Source of the DNA: Chiloscyllium plagiosum
Lineage: Eukaryota
Assembly: GCF_004010195.1 (NCBI RefSeq)
Contig: NC_057719.1
Span: 60,866,809-60,930,808 of the forward strand
Length of the DNA stretch: 64,000 nt
Direction: 5' to 3'
The notes under the pieces are model-generated. The model had not been told where the DNA came from and searched no databases. It saw only the letters and a list, made by a program, of their open reading frames with translations. Position numbers and translations under genes: made by a program. This document shows, one piece after another, positions 62,390 through 64,000 of the stretch. Each line of letters opens with the position of its first letter. Positions within the stretch are counted from its first letter, which is position 1.

Positions 62390-64000
62390 GCAAAATCCTC
62401 CTCACTCACATCTGGGGGCTAGTGTCAAAATTGTGAGAGCTGTCTCACAGCATAGTCAAGAAACAGCCTGAAATAGTCATACTAAAGAAACTATACCTTA
62501 CAGACAATGTTCCAGACACCACCATCACCATTCCTGGATATGTGTTGTCTCATCAGCAGGACAGACCCAGCAGAGGTATACAATCAGGAGGAAGATGTTC
62601 TGGGAGTCCTCAATATTGACTCTGGATCCCATGAAGTCTCATGGCTTCAGGTTAAACATGGGCAAGGAAACCTCCTGCTGATTACCAGATACTATTTTGC
62701 CTCAGCTGATAAATCGGTACTCTTCATTGTTGAACAACACTTAGAGGAAGCACTGAGGTTCACAAGGGCTCAAAATGTACTCTGGGTGGGAGATTTCAAT
62801 GTCCACCAATGACAGTAGCTTAGCAGCACTATTAATTGAGCTGGTCGGGTCTAACGAACATAGCTGCTAGACTGGATCTGTGGCTGGTGGTGAGGGAACC
62901 AACAAGAGGGAAAAATATACTTGAGCTCATCCTTAACAATCTGCCAGCTGCAAATGCATCTTGTCCATGACAGCATTGGTAACAGCAACCAGTACACATT
63001 CCTTGTGGAGATGAAGTCCTGCCATCACATTGAGAATAACCTCCAAAGTGTTGTGTAGCACTATTACCATACTAAATGGGTCAGACTTGGAACAGATTTA
63101 GCAACTCAAGCCTGGGCATTCATGAGATGCTGAAGACCATCAATAGCAACAAAATTGTACTCCAGCATAATCTGTAACCTCATGGCCTGGCGTATCCCCC
63201 ATTTAACCACTACCATCACAAGGGGACCAACCCTAGTTCAAGGGGCAGTGCAGGAGGGCATGCCAGGAGCAGCACCAGGCATAGCTGAAGATGAGGTGCC
63301 AACTGGTGAAGCCACCAAACTGGACTACCTGCATGCCCAACAGCATAAACAGCGAGTGTTAGACAGGGCTAAGCAATCTCACAAGCAATGGATCAGAACT
63401 GAGCTCTGCATTCCTCCCACATCCAATCGTGAATGTTAGTGGACAATTAAACAAATCATGGAGAAGGAGGGTCCACAAATATCCCCATTCTCAATGTTAG
63501 AAGACCCCAGCACATCCATGCAAAACATGAGGCTGAAGCTTTCACAACAATCTTCAGTCAGAAATGCCGAGTGGATGATCCATCTCAGCCTGTTCCAGTG
63601 GTCCCCAACATTTACAGATACCAGTCTTCAGCCAATTCAGTTAATTCCACGTGATATCAAGAAACAGTTGCCATCACTGGATATTGCAAAGGCTATAGGC
63701 CTGACAATATTCCAGCAACAGTACTGAAGACCTGTGCTCCAACACTTGCCACTCCTCCACCCAAGCTGTTTCAGTACAGTTACAACATTGGCAACTACCT
63801 GACAATGTGGAAAATTGCCCAAGTACGTCCTGCACATAAAATAACAAGAAATTCCAACCCGGGGAATTACCCGTCCCATCAATCTACTGTTGACTATCAA
63901 TAAAGTGATGGAAGATGTCATTAACAGTGATATTAAGCAGCATCTGCTTAGCTATAACCTGCTTAGTGGCACCCAATTTGGGTTTCACCAGGGCCACACA
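62390..64000 (+). mobile_element. LINE ORF2 (APE endonuclease into RT), CR1/L2-group, degenerate
   Basis: IWGLVSKL...QPEIVIL; HEVSWLQVKHGQGNLLL...NVLWVGDFNVHQ; LKTCAPTLATP..LFQ; NYPSHQ/NYRPISLL-like. Confidence 0.88.

Overview
Eukaryotic, repeat-saturated intergenic or intronic DNA. The repeat set (CR1 LINEs, HE1-type tRNA SINEs, Penelope-like elements with hammerhead cores, Gypsy/K02A2.6-type LTR elements, Tx1, Harbinger) points to a cartilaginous fish (shark), by inference. No intact host protein-coding gene could be recognised, and most ORFs in the track are TE fragments or chance ORFs. The most notable structure is at 20.7-24.0 kb. It is a head-to-tail array of about 1.74-kb poly(A)-tailed, apparently non-autonomous units with a degenerate Tx1-like ORF2 3' end. 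They sit exactly at the TATA box of a Gypsy 5' LTR, and each junction repeats about 53 bp of LTR sequence. Other highlights are a class-I-like ERV pol fragment, Penelope-derived palindromes with minimal hammerhead cores and TSDs, a local inverted templated copy, and a LINE with a tRNA-SINE-like 5' end. All boundaries were read by eye and are approximate.
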